32,000 nt of DNA from Nostoc sp. PCC 7120 = FACHB-418 (lineage in GTDB: Bacteria > Cyanobacteriota > Cyanobacteriia > Cyanobacteriales > Nostocaceae): NCBI RefSeq assembly GCF_000009705.1, contig NC_003272.1, forward strand, positions 960,001 to 992,000, read 5' to 3'. Shown here piece after piece: positions 6,520 to 15,147 of the stretch (positions are counted from its first letter, which is position 1; every line of letters starts with the position of its first letter). The notes beneath the pieces were generated by a model, which was given only the letters and a program-made list of their open reading frames with translations, made no database searches and was not told where the DNA came from. A program made the translations under genes and the position numbers.

Positions 6520-8988
6520 ATGAGTAATAAGTCTCCAACATCAGGCTTTTGGATTTATGTAGCTGAATGTGTTCGCCTTTTATATTGGGCTTATTTTAAG
6601 CCTTACACCTATGAACGCTGGCTGCGTGATATACATCCAGAACTACAGCCCAGAAATAACCCCTTTGATAAAAAAGCTGAGTTTCGCGCTAACCCCCGAT
6701 TGCGTCGCTATGCTGGGCAGGTTTGGTGGGTAACTCTGTTAGTTCCGTTTTTTGTTGTATTGCTGATAGCACCTGTTTACACTTTGGTTAGTGGTGAGTC
6801 GTCTAGATGGTTCTTCAGCTTTATTTTTTTCTTGGGCTGGGTAATAGGAATGTGTCTAGAACCTGTTAGGGATAAATATAAACTTGCTATTTTCTTTCTT
6901 GCCTTCCTTACCACGATTTTAAGATCTATATTTTTATCAGGCTTGGCGGTAGGCGTGGTGTTTGGCTTGGCGGTAGGCGTGGTGTTTGGCTTGGCGGTAG
7001 GCGTGGTGTTCGGCGTGGCGTTCGACTTGGCGCTAGGCGTGGCGCTAGGCGTGGCGGGAGGCTTGGCGGTAGGCGTAGTGGGAGACATGGCGTTCGGCTT
7101 GGCGCTAGGCGTGGTGCGAGGAGTAGCGCTAGGCTTGGCGTTCGGCTTGGCGTTCGGCTTGGTGATAGGCGTGGCGGTAGACGTGGCGATAGGCGTGGTG
7201 TTCGGCGTGGTGATAAGCGTGGCGCTAGGCGTAGTGATAAGCGTGGCGATAGGAGTGGTGTTCGGCGTGGCGTTCGGCGTGGCGTTCGGCTTGGCGTTGA
7301 TTCTGGGCGTGTTACGGTTTTACTTCTGGTTGGTGGAATTGTTGTGGACACTCTTCCTTTTCTTTTTTTCCCCAAATGGGAAGCAGGTAAATTGCTTAAG
7401 ATACATACCCCCCCGTTTTGATGAATTAATTATTTTGCCTCTACCTTTCTTGGATCAGATGATTGTCGAGGCTTATCGAGAAAATCCTTCATCTGCCCGT
7501 GAGACAATAGATTACCTGACGACTTCTACAAATCAACAAAAAGTTGCAGTACGGGCAACTATTGGTATTACTGCCGATATTCTCAATGGCTGTCAACGGT
7601 TAGAAGATATTTTAGACATTGCTAATCAATTAACCTGGATTCCCTCCCCACCACCAAAAGAACTTGGCCTTGTCCTACCGCAATTTTTAGACATTAGCCA
7701 AAGTGTAAGAGCATCCCAAGCAGCAACTACATCCTATCGCCGATATGAGTTACTCAATCCTCCTATAAATGCTTTACAAGAACTAAAAAACAATCTGGCT
7801 TTTGGGAAAAATGCTTCATTAGCTACTAAATTCGGCAGCATAGCCGAACGCTGGCTAAGAATTTTACAGACAGCACAGCGCATTTTAGAAGAAACAGCAA
7901 AGCAATCACAAGAAATCCGCCAAGTTTACATCGCCGGTAATTCACTAGAACCGCAAACAGCCAAGTATCGTTTTAAAGGGCGAATTGATATATTTCGAGA
8001 AATCGAAACTTTGACCCTTTCCGACCAATCACAAGTATTGCTACTTTACGGTGGGCGAAGAACTGGCAAAACTTCAGCACTTAAATATCTACCTTACAGA
8101 ATTGCCCCAGATATCATTCCTTTGCTGGTAGATTTACAAGGAACCGCATCAGCCACAACTTTAAAGGGGTTCGCTGAAAATCTAGCCCGACAAATTATCG
8201 ATACTGCACGACGCTTACCCCGAACAATAAATTTGCCTAATCCAGATGCCTATAAACTAGCGGAAGATCCATTTCCCGCGCTGCAAACTTGGTTAGGAGA
8301 AATAGAACGCAGCAATTCGGGTAAGCGATTTCTTTTATGTTTAGACGAGTTTGAACGCTTGAGTGAAGTAGTTAACGCCACAAATAGCCGTGCGCCACTC
8401 AACTTTATTCGTCACCTCCTGCAACACCAAAAACAATGGATTTTGCTATTCAGTGGTTCTCACCAATTATCTGAACTTGATGCTTACTGGAGTGATTATT
8501 TAATTAACACTCGCGCCTTACGCATGACTTATCTGCAAGAGTCCGAAGCCCGTGAGTTAATTCTCAAGCCAGTAGAAGATTTTACCAACATCTATGAGCC
8601 AGAAGCAGTAGATATGATTATCCAAATTACTCGCTGTCAGCCTTATTTGGTGCAGTTGGTGTGTTACGAGTTGGTAGAATTGCTAAATCGTGATATTAGG
8701 GCAAACAGACGACAACCAAATACGGCAAAAGCCACAGTCGCGGATGTGCAAGATATCATCCCCACCGTCCTAGAACGAGGTGATCAGTATTTTCGGGAAT
8801 TATGGACAAGTTTAGAAAATAAAGATCAAAGTTTACTGCGTCGTCTCATTGATGGCGAAACTCCCACACCACAAGACAGCAAGGTAGTCAAAAAACTAGC
8901 CCGCAAGGAAATCTTGACTCCAGAAGGTAATGCTTTTCAAGTGCCTTTAGTACAGAAATTTGTCGAATATCTGCTAGAAGAAGAATAA
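6520..8988 (+). CDS. Polytopic membrane protein with a glycine-zipper repeat domain fused to a C-terminal P-loop ATPase of the same type as the upstream gene
   Basis: The ATG lies 2 nt after the upstream stop. Residues about 60-290 are hydrophobic and include 30 period-4 G-x-x-x units. The C-terminal part has Walker A GGRRTGKTS, Walker B FLLCLDEFE and CQPYLVQLVC, the counterpart of the HPFLLQIAG motif in the upstream protein. Confidence 0.8.
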   Translation: MSNKSPTSGFWIYVAECVRLLYWAYFKPYTYERWLRDIHPELQPRNNPFDKKAEFRANPRLRRYAGQVWWVTLLVPFFVVLLIAPVYTLVSGESSRWFFSFIFFLGWVIGMCLEPVRDKYKLAIFFLAFLTTILRSIFLSGLAVGVVFGLAVGVVFGLAVGVVFGVAFDLALGVALGVAGGLAVGVVGDMAFGLALGVVRGVALGLAFGLAFGLVIGVAVDVAIGVVFGVVISVALGVVISVAIGVVFGVAFGVAFGLALILGVLRFYFWLVELLWTLFLFFFSPNGKQVNCLRYIPPRFDELIILPLPFLDQMIVEAYRENPSSARETIDYLTTSTNQQKVAVRATIGITADILNGCQRLEDILDIANQLTWIPSPPPKELGLVLPQFLDISQSVRASQAATTSYRRYELLNPPINALQELKNNLAFGKNASLATKFGSIAERWLRILQTAQRILEETAKQSQEIRQVYIAGNSLEPQTAKYRFKGRIDIFREIETLTLSDQSQVLLLYGGRRTGKTSALKYLPYRIAPDIIPLLVDLQGTASATTLKGFAENLARQIIDTARRLPRTINLPNPDAYKLAEDPFPALQTWLGEIERSNSGKRFLLCLDEFERLSEVVNATNSRAPLNFIRHLLQHQKQWILLFSGSHQLSELDAYWSDYLINTRALRMTYLQESEARELILKPVEDFTNIYEPEAVDMIIQITRCQPYLVQLVCYELVELLNRDIRANRRQPNTAKATVADVQDIIPTVLERGDQYFRELWTSLENKDQSLLRRLIDGETPTPQDSKVVKKLARKEILTPEGNAFQVPLVQKFVEYLLEEE
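6940..7299 (+). repeat. Intragenic tandem array of 30 x 12 nt, opening with three near-identical 24-nt units
   Basis: GGCTTGGCGGTAGGCGTGGTGTTT occurs at 6940-6963 and 6964-6987, and once more with a single change at 6988-7011. Degenerate GGCKTGGYGNTN 12-mers then continue in register to 7299. The stretch is visibly more GC-rich than its flanks. Confidence 0.95.
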
Positions 8989-9046
8989 GTATCGGCGCTA
9001 GTTAATGGTCAGCGACTCTAGCCACACAGTACGAGCCGCTTTTAGT

Positions 9047-9289
9047 TTACTCTTTTGAAAAACCGGTCATTTCATCGGTGGGTTCGTCTAGCATTTCTGG
9101 AACTAAAGCCTGGTTTCCTCTTTTTTCCTCTGCTGATTGTTGTCGAATTACGTCATCCATTTTTGGCGGATGTTTAATCATGTCCAACACTTCTGGACTT
9201 AATTGAGAGGAATCACCTTCTGGATTGCTCTTTTCAGCTTGGCTCGGAACAGTTTCTTTATTCATGATTATTGCCCCAAATATATACAT
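9047..9289 (-). CDS. Hypothetical small acidic protein, probably disordered
   Basis: This rests on the ORF only. The alternative start at ATG 9265 (MNKETV...) is equally plausible. The sequence is E/D/S/P-rich and I recognise no family. Confidence 0.35.
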   Translation of the reverse strand: MYIFGAIIMNKETVPSQAEKSNPEGDSSQLSPEVLDMIKHPPKMDDVIRQQSAEEKRGNQALVPEMLDEPTDEMTGFSKE

Positions 9290-9696
9290 ACCAGCTTAAG
9301 GGTCTGTACGATAAGTACACACTATCCTGGGACTCATGAACCTACTTTCTTGAGACTGAAAATAGGACATCGGAGTAGTCAAAAATCCCAGGATTAACTT
9401 ATGAGGCCAATAGGTAATATGAGACTACACCCAGCATTATGAGTAATGCCGATTAAATTTTATACAAGCAACGGGTCAAGGAGCTTTGACAATTTTATGT
9501 TATCTGATTCTTAACGTGGAAACCGAAACACAATCATCAAATTCATGAGGTTTAGACAGTAGCTTATCCTATGCTGAACAACTCCCCATAACCAGACTCA
9601 ATTAAATAAATTACTATTCTGTTTTTCGTCTCAATAAGTTTGGCTTAGTTTGAGGCTACTATTACAATGGAAACTATTGATCAGTGAGGAAAACCC

Positions 9697-9873
9697 ATGA
9701 CCCAAGTGGTTTTAGGAGAACATGAAGGCATAGATTCAGCACTACGTCGGTTCAAACGTCAAGTTTCTAAGGCTGGTATATTAGCTGATGTTAAGTATCA
9801 TCGGCATTTTGAAACACCGTTAGAAAGACGCAAACGCAAAGCAGTGGCAGCGAGACGCAAGCGCCGTTTTTAA
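9697..9873 (+). CDS. rpsU: 30S ribosomal protein S21
   Basis: Translates to [58 protein letters not shown] (58 aa), a typical S21. A GAGGA Shine-Dalgarno lies 7-11 nt upstream. It is below the size cut-off of the ORF track. Confidence 0.9.
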   Translation: MTQVVLGEHEGIDSALRRFKRQVSKAGILADVKYHRHFETPLERRKRKAVAARRKRRF

Positions 9874-10117
9874 ATAAACCTATTTTGTTGGTTTGGATAA
9901 GCGGTGTTGCTTGAGGAAATAGACTAATAACAAATAACAGTAAGTTGCCACTATTGTGACAATCACAAAGTGAGATGTGCCGCACCCCAATGTGGGGTGT
10001 AAGTAAATCATCTGACTGATAAATAAGTCTTATATAAGGTGTGACTTTGGTTGGATTGGACAAGCCATCGTCGTTAACCACCAACCAATGTTCAACACCT
10101 AAAAACTGGCGAGAGCT

Positions 10118-10759
10118 TTAAGATTTAGGAGCCTCGACAGTACAACTATTGCAGCGATTCATCGCCTTTTCTACGCCTTGTTTGAGGCTCAATTCTACAC
10201 ATTCAACTACGAACTGTAAGACAAGGGACATAAGTTGAGTCTCGGTGGCGGAAAATTTTCCTAACACATGAGAAACTGTTTCTGAGTTATCGCCATTCAC
10301 TGCATTTTTCGGCTTACCTATACCAATACGTAAGCGGGGGAAATTTTGCGTGCTAAGATGAGCGATCGCACTCTTCATGCCATTATGTCCCCCAGCCGAC
10401 CCAGACAAACGCAGACGAGTCTTACCCAAAGGCAAGTCTAGATCATCATAAATCACTAACACAGATTCACCTGACAATTTATACCAGCTTGTTACTGCTT
10501 GTATCGCCTGTCCTGAGCGATTCATATAAGTTAGTGGCTTAAGCAAGCGAATTTTTACACCTCCAGGGGCAGTACCTTCACCGTATTGACCCTGAAATTT
10601 GCGATTTTCAGCCAAGGAAATATTCCAAGCACGAGCAAGAGCATCCACAGCTGCAAAGCCGATATTGTGGCGAGTTTGGTCATATTTAGGCTCTGGGTTC
10701 CCCAACCCAACAATTAGCTGGGGAATCACCAAAGCAGGTTGCGTTACAGGTTCTGTCAT
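10118..10759 (-). CDS. pth: Peptidyl-tRNA hydrolase
   Basis: LIVGLGNPEPKYDQTRHNIGF and GGHNGMKS are the canonical Pth motifs. Confidence 0.95.
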   Translation of the reverse strand: MTEPVTQPALVIPQLIVGLGNPEPKYDQTRHNIGFAAVDALARAWNISLAENRKFQGQYGEGTAPGGVKIRLLKPLTYMNRSGQAIQAVTSWYKLSGESVLVIYDDLDLPLGKTRLRLSGSAGGHNGMKSAIAHLSTQNFPRLRIGIGKPKNAVNGDNSETVSHVLGKFSATETQLMSLVLQFVVECVELSLKQGVEKAMNRCNSCTVEAPKS

Positions 10760-10795
10760 CTATCTTGTTTACAATCAACCGCTTGCTGCACTTCC

Positions 10796-11068
10796 TCAAA
10801 TAGCGGGGGAAGAACCAGCACTATCTTGCTCAGATTTCACCGATTCGATTTGCTTGGGTTCAAGTTCAGCAGTCGTCTTTACAGCCTGTTCCAATTGTTC
10901 AGCTTCGCGCTTGAACTCGCTCTGAAACTCATTAGAAGCTTCTTGAAAACCGCGAATTGCTTTTCCCATACTCCGGCCAATTTCTGGTAATTTTTTTGGG
11001 CCAAAGATGAGTAGCGCTACTACCATAATTAGACCCATTTCCGGTAAACCAATACCAAATATATTCAC
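10796..11068 (-). CDS. tatA: Twin-arginine translocase subunit TatA/E
   Basis: MNIFGIGLPEMGLIMVVALLIFGPKKLPEIGRSMGKAIRGFQ gives the TatA transmembrane helix, the FGPKKLP hinge and the amphipathic helix. It lies 36 nt upstream of pth on the same strand. Confidence 0.9.
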   Translation of the reverse strand: MNIFGIGLPEMGLIMVVALLIFGPKKLPEIGRSMGKAIRGFQEASNEFQSEFKREAEQLEQAVKTTAELEPKQIESVKSEQDSAGSSPAI

Positions 11069-11366
11069 GCGGGTTCTCCTGTTAAGTGTTTGGGCTTGGG
11101 GACTGGTGATTGGGTATGGGGGACTAGGTAGAATTTTTCACCCTACTCCTGACCACCCTTTTTTAGAGACTATATTCAAAAAGTTATCATTATTCTTATT
11201 CAAGAGTAACGTTTCCGGTATACCAACCACAAATAGAAATTAGACAAGAGAAGTAATTCAATCGGTGATTATTGTCAACGTTTAAGTACGAGAAAAAAAT
11301 GGATTTTAGGACTCACGACCAAGGGAACACCAAAAATTAACAATTCAAAATTCAAAATAAATGTTT

Positions 11367-11405
11367 TACACCCTCACACCCTTACACCCTTATACCCCTA
11401 AACCC
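11367..11405. repeat. Degenerate ACACCCT-type short tandem repeat
   Basis: Reads tacaccctcacacccttacacccttatacccctaaaccc. The short repeat AATTCAAAATTCAAAAT precedes it. Confidence 0.6.
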
Positions 11406-11444
11406 AGTCTCAACAGAAAATCTGGGTGAGTAAGTCCTAACTAC

Positions 11445-11467
11445 AAAAAAACCCGGACAGGCCGGGT
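11445..11467 (-). terminator. Rho-independent terminator of psbH
   Basis: The minus strand reads ACCCGG-CCTGT-CCGGGT followed by TTTTTTT, 44 nt after the psbH stop. Confidence 0.8.
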
Positions 11468-11510
11468 GTAGACTAACTAATTAGTTAGCTTGGTTATTGT
11501 GTGTTGATAG

Positions 11511-11699
11511 CTACCAGCCAACTCTGACATCTTGAATCAAGATTGATTTGTTGTAGAGTTGCAGAATAATTAGCAGAAACACAAGAAACAGGGCCATAAA
11601 AACACCCATTACAGGGGTAGTTCCCCAGCCTGGAGCCACTTTACCATACTCAGAATTTAAAGGTCGCAGGATATCTCCCAACCTAGTGCGTTGTGCCAT
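11511..11699 (-). CDS. psbH: Photosystem II reaction centre protein H
   Basis: [50 protein letters not shown] is an unmistakable PsbH sequence. Confidence 0.95.
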
Positions 11700-11784
11700 A
11701 GTTCACCTAAGATTAGTTGCCAAAGCTTTTTTTAATCTTCTGTAATATTCTATAAGAATAACATTCATCATCTATAACTCACTT

Positions 11785-11916
11785 ATGGAACCCGCAATAG
11801 TTCTTATCATTTCTGTCGGTGCTGCTCTCGTCGCTGTGACTGGGTATGGGATTTATACTGCTTTTGGCCCTCCTAGCAGAGAATTATCCGACCCTTTTGA
11901 AGATCATGAAGACTAA
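11785..11916 (+). CDS. psbN: PsbN (photosystem II assembly factor)
   Basis: Translates to MEPAIVLIISVGAALVAVTGYGIYTAFGPPSRELSDPFEDHED (43 aa). It is divergent from psbH, the conserved psbH/psbN arrangement. It is below the size cut-off of the ORF track. Confidence 0.9.
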   Translation: MEPAIVLIISVGAALVAVTGYGIYTAFGPPSRELSDPFEDHED

Positions 11917-12003
11917 ACAGTGTGTGAGAAATTGGGAGTGAGGAATGAGGGAATAGTAACGCTCCCTCCTCAAATCTCTCGTTTCCTTTCTCGTACCCAA
12001 GCT

Positions 12004-15000
12004 CTAGCCTTTGACTTCTAAAATTTTAAAAGTCGCAATTTTCCAAGGTTCAATTGTGGAGATTTGTTGCTGAAATGAGAATTGGCTAGTGGGGCGTTCC
12101 AGTAAATCTACTGGAGTACCCAAAGTTAAGTTTAAATCGCTCTGCAAAGATAACTCTGTAGTCACACCATGAGATTCATAAAAGCGCAGAATTAATTGTT
12201 GCTGGTCGTCTTCCGATGGTTTTATAGCCATTAAGACTAAATTTTCGGCTGGTAAATTTACAAAACTTACTCTGTCTCTCATGTTGGGCGGGTAGTGAGA
12301 GGTTAAGAGTTGGGAGTTGGGAACCGGGTTTAATATTACTTGCAGGGGGATGTTTAATTCATATCCCTTTTGTACTGTGTGGGCTGATTCCCAGCTATCA
12401 GCGTGAGGATACACAGTATAAGTAAATTCGTGTATGCCTGTGTCAGCTTCTGGGTCAGGCCAGGTAGGGCTACGAAGTAAGGTTAGCCTTAATAGCTGGG
12501 GTTGGCTATCGTAACCATATTTACAATCATTCAGTAAACTAACACCGTAAATACCCTTGTCTGTGTCTGCGGTTAAATCAGCCCAACGTAAAGCTGGGAC
12601 TTCCCATTTTGCTTTATCTTGTGGGTTTTGGGGTTGAGTCGGGCGACGAATTGCACCGCAGGGAATTTCGTAGGTGGCAAAGTCGGCTGTCAGGTTGAGA
12701 GGAAACGCTGCTTTTACTAAAACCTGCTTTTCTCGCCAATTGACTCTAGAAGCTATTTTTAATTGGGGTGAACCGACTTGCAAGATATAATCCTGGCAAA
12801 ATTCCGACTCGCCTAATTGACGCACTACGCGGAGGCGATTCTGTACAGCGCCTTGTTCTAACCACTGGATAGATTTGAGGTTGGTTGCTGGTAGGGGATG
12901 CTGACTATAACTGGGGTCGATGTTCCAAGCGTCCCAATATTGACCACTGTCTTTAAAAGCCTGTAGTTGATTACCCGCACCAGACAATATTTCTCGTTGA
13001 TGAGTTTTGTCATAGATGCTTGATAAATCTCCAGTATCAGGATCTACGATAACGCGCAGGTGTTCATTTTCGAGAACATAGTCTAGGGATGTGGGTGATG
13101 TGGGCGATGGGGGCGATGTAGGGGAAAGCCAAAAGAGGCGATAGCCTACAGATGGAATATCCTTGGCGAGAAATAGTAAGGTTGATGGTTCAGTTAATTG
13201 GGAAATTATTTGTTCGCCAGTCGTATCGTAGACTTGCCATTGTTGGTTAGTTGGTGGCGGGGGTAAGGTAACTGATACTACCTCAGAGCGTTGCCAGTTG
13301 AGAGAATTGAAAACGAAAATGGGGAAACTATCGGCTTTTGGTGGCTCTGGTAAGGTAAAGTGAGAAGCAATCGCCTGTAATGATTCCTTTAATATCCTGG
13401 TTCCTGTTTGTTCTACTTGCTGCCATTCGTGTAAGGCATCTATATATACTTGGGTAATGGAAGAACCAGGTAAAATATCGTGGAATTGGTTAAATAATAC
13501 TTGTTTCCAAGCCGTTTCTATCGCTGTTTTGGGATATGTCACGCCACAGATAAAAGTTGCCAAGGTAGCAAATAGTTCTGCTTGGTATAGTAAATTTTCT
13601 GAATGCCGATTCCAGCGTTTTTGGTCTGCGTGGGTAGTGTAGCAGCCACGATGGAATTCTAAGTATAGTTCGTCGTTCCATGTGGGAACTATTGATTGTT
13701 GACTGTTGACTGTTGACTGAATTTGCTGGAGATACTTTTCGGCGGTGATAAATTCTAAGTCTGGGAAAAATGGTGAGGTTTGCCAGCGTTGGGCGGTTTC
13801 TAACATATCACGGGTGGGGCCGCCGCCGTGGTCGCCGACACCAGGAAGCCAGAGGGATTCAGTTAAGTTGGTTTGGGTTTGCCATTCTAGAGAATAGGCT
13901 GCCATTTTGATGGGGTCAATACCTTCGCCTATGGGTGCAGACATAACACTGAATACTTGACTACCGTCAGGCGATCGCCACCAAAAAGCGCCATAATCAA
14001 ATTTAGTAGTGTCGTTCCATCGTAATTTTTGGGTGACGAAATACTCAATACCTGCATTCGCCAAAAATTGCGGTAGGGTTGCACAAAAACCAAAGGTGTC
14101 GGGAACCCAAACTACAGTCGTGAGTTTGTCGAATTTTTCTTGAAAGTAGCGTTGACCGTATAGTAACTGACGGACTATGGACTCCCCAGCGATTAAATTG
14201 AGGTCAGGTTCTACCCAAAAACCGCCGATAATTTCCCATGTTTTTGCAGCTACAGCTTGTTGAATTGCTGTAAATAAATCTGGGCGATGTTCTTCAATCC
14301 AAGCATACAGGGCTGGGGTGGAATGACAAAAGATTAACTCTGGAAAATCCTGTTGTAGTTTGAGGACTGATGCAAAAGTGTTTTGGGCTGCATTCCAAGT
14401 TTCACTGACTGGCCATAGCCATGCTAAATCTAAGTGGGCGTGACCTAATAAATAGATTTTAAATTTTGGGTCGCTGATAGAGAGATGATTTATCAGATTT
14501 TGGCGGATGGTAATTAGAGATTCTGGATTGGAGGGATTAATTTCTGGGATTGCTGCTGTGAGGATATTTAACTTTTCTGGTGCGGACTTTTCTAAATACA
14601 GTTGTAATATCGCTAACTCATCGGCAATAAAACCTGGGTCAGGATAATTATAATCTGTGGACTCGTAGACAAGGAGCGATCGCACTAAAGCACCATCACA
14701 ATGTCCGGGACTTGCTAGCCGCAAAGCCACTACAAATTCTTGCCCTGGTGATACTTCCCGACTGAGTAAAACCCTGGGTGAACAATCAAATAAATCTCCC
14801 TCTAGCACTAATTCCCCATTCACGTAGATTTTGGCAGAGTCCGCCCACCAAAGCAGGGACAGCCGCAAAGATAACCCCGCTAAAGGATAATCATGTAAAT
14901 TTTGGGGAACTACGAATTTCTGTTCTAGCCAAAGTACTTGCTGTCCACCACTCCAAGCAATGTTACCCTTGGTGTCTAACTCTACAGATTGCCAATTGGA

Positions 15001-15147
15001 TACACTAGATGTAGCAACGCCATTAATTTCCCTGGTCGAGTCCTGGTATAACCAAGTAGATTGAACATTAACTTGACAACAACTGCGTAATTGTTCAATT
15101 GTGTCTGAGATTAAATTTGTCTGAGATTGAGATCCGGTAGGGGTCAT
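12004..15147 (-). CDS. Glycoside hydrolase family 38 alpha-mannosidase
   Basis: LGHAHLDLAWLWP, VWVPDTFGF and GDHGGGPT are GH38 catalytic-domain motifs. At 1047 aa the length is typical. Confidence 0.9.
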   Translation of the reverse strand: MTPTGSQSQTNLISDTIEQLRSCCQVNVQSTWLYQDSTREINGVATSSVSNWQSVELDTKGNIAWSGGQQVLWLEQKFVVPQNLHDYPLAGLSLRLSLLWWADSAKIYVNGELVLEGDLFDCSPRVLLSREVSPGQEFVVALRLASPGHCDGALVRSLLVYESTDYNYPDPGFIADELAILQLYLEKSAPEKLNILTAAIPEINPSNPESLITIRQNLINHLSISDPKFKIYLLGHAHLDLAWLWPVSETWNAAQNTFASVLKLQQDFPELIFCHSTPALYAWIEEHRPDLFTAIQQAVAAKTWEIIGGFWVEPDLNLIAGESIVRQLLYGQRYFQEKFDKLTTVVWVPDTFGFCATLPQFLANAGIEYFVTQKLRWNDTTKFDYGAFWWRSPDGSQVFSVMSAPIGEGIDPIKMAAYSLEWQTQTNLTESLWLPGVGDHGGGPTRDMLETAQRWQTSPFFPDLEFITAEKYLQQIQSTVNSQQSIVPTWNDELYLEFHRGCYTTHADQKRWNRHSENLLYQAELFATLATFICGVTYPKTAIETAWKQVLFNQFHDILPGSSITQVYIDALHEWQQVEQTGTRILKESLQAIASHFTLPEPPKADSFPIFVFNSLNWQRSEVVSVTLPPPPTNQQWQVYDTTGEQIISQLTEPSTLLFLAKDIPSVGYRLFWLSPTSPPSPTSPTSLDYVLENEHLRVIVDPDTGDLSSIYDKTHQREILSGAGNQLQAFKDSGQYWDAWNIDPSYSQHPLPATNLKSIQWLEQGAVQNRLRVVRQLGESEFCQDYILQVGSPQLKIASRVNWREKQVLVKAAFPLNLTADFATYEIPCGAIRRPTQPQNPQDKAKWEVPALRWADLTADTDKGIYGVSLLNDCKYGYDSQPQLLRLTLLRSPTWPDPEADTGIHEFTYTVYPHADSWESAHTVQKGYELNIPLQVILNPVPNSQLLTSHYPPNMRDRVSFVNLPAENLVLMAIKPSEDDQQQLILRFYESHGVTTELSLQSDLNLTLGTPVDLLERPTSQFSFQQQISTIEPWKIATFKILEVKG
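13088..13123 (-). repeat. In-frame 9-nt tandem repeat (GATGTGGGY x4) inside the mannosidase gene
   Basis: Reads gatgtgggtgatgtgggcgatgggggcgatgtaggg. It corresponds to the SPTSPPSPTSPT stretch of the SPTSPPSPTSPTS insert on the coding strand. Confidence 0.8.
13693..13720 (-). repeat. In-frame STRR heptamer repeat (TTGATTG then TTGACTG x3) inside the mannosidase gene
   Basis: Read directly. On the coding strand it reads CAGTCAA x3 and is translated through all three phases as QSTVNSQQS. Confidence 0.8.

Noticed and set aside
6515-6522. The two ATPase ORFs as a single gene split by a frameshift or sequencing error
   Set aside because: Each ORF has a complete Walker A / Walker B ATPase module and its own membrane segment. 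The junction is a clean stop plus 2 nt plus ATG with an upstream GGGGA, which fits two tightly linked genes.
6777-7375. Two antisense ORFs (103 aa and 149 aa) encoding P/R/S/T/K-rich repeats, opposite the glycine-zipper region
   Set aside because: They are a by-product of reading a GC-rich 12-nt tandem repeat on the other strand. The composition is pure low complexity, there is no start context, and they lie entirely inside a well-supported sense ORF.
5540-8988. Absence of HIP1 (GCGATCGC) sites across the ATPase cassette as evidence of horizontal acquisition
   Set aside because: An equally long HIP1-free stretch covers the core genes from tatA and psbH into the mannosidase (about 10.4-13.9 kb), so the gap is not discriminating at this sample size. 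A genome-wide oligonucleotide-usage test would be needed.
9791-10084. 97-aa minus-strand ORF in the rpsU-pth spacer
   Set aside because: It overlaps the 3' end of rpsU in antisense, I see no motif, and its composition is implausible. The spacer does contain a small CACCCCA-ATG-TGGGGTG hairpin (9983-9999), which I judged too weak to call.
10599-10990. Plus-strand ORFs of 108 aa and 83 aa
   Set aside because: They are antisense to the unmistakable pth and tatA genes.
13457-13681. Short ORFs on both strands inside the mannosidase gene, and similar short ORFs inside gyrA, the kinase-like gene, plsC and lnt
   Set aside because: They are nested in, or antisense to, long ORFs with clear family motifs. 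Nothing supports them independently.
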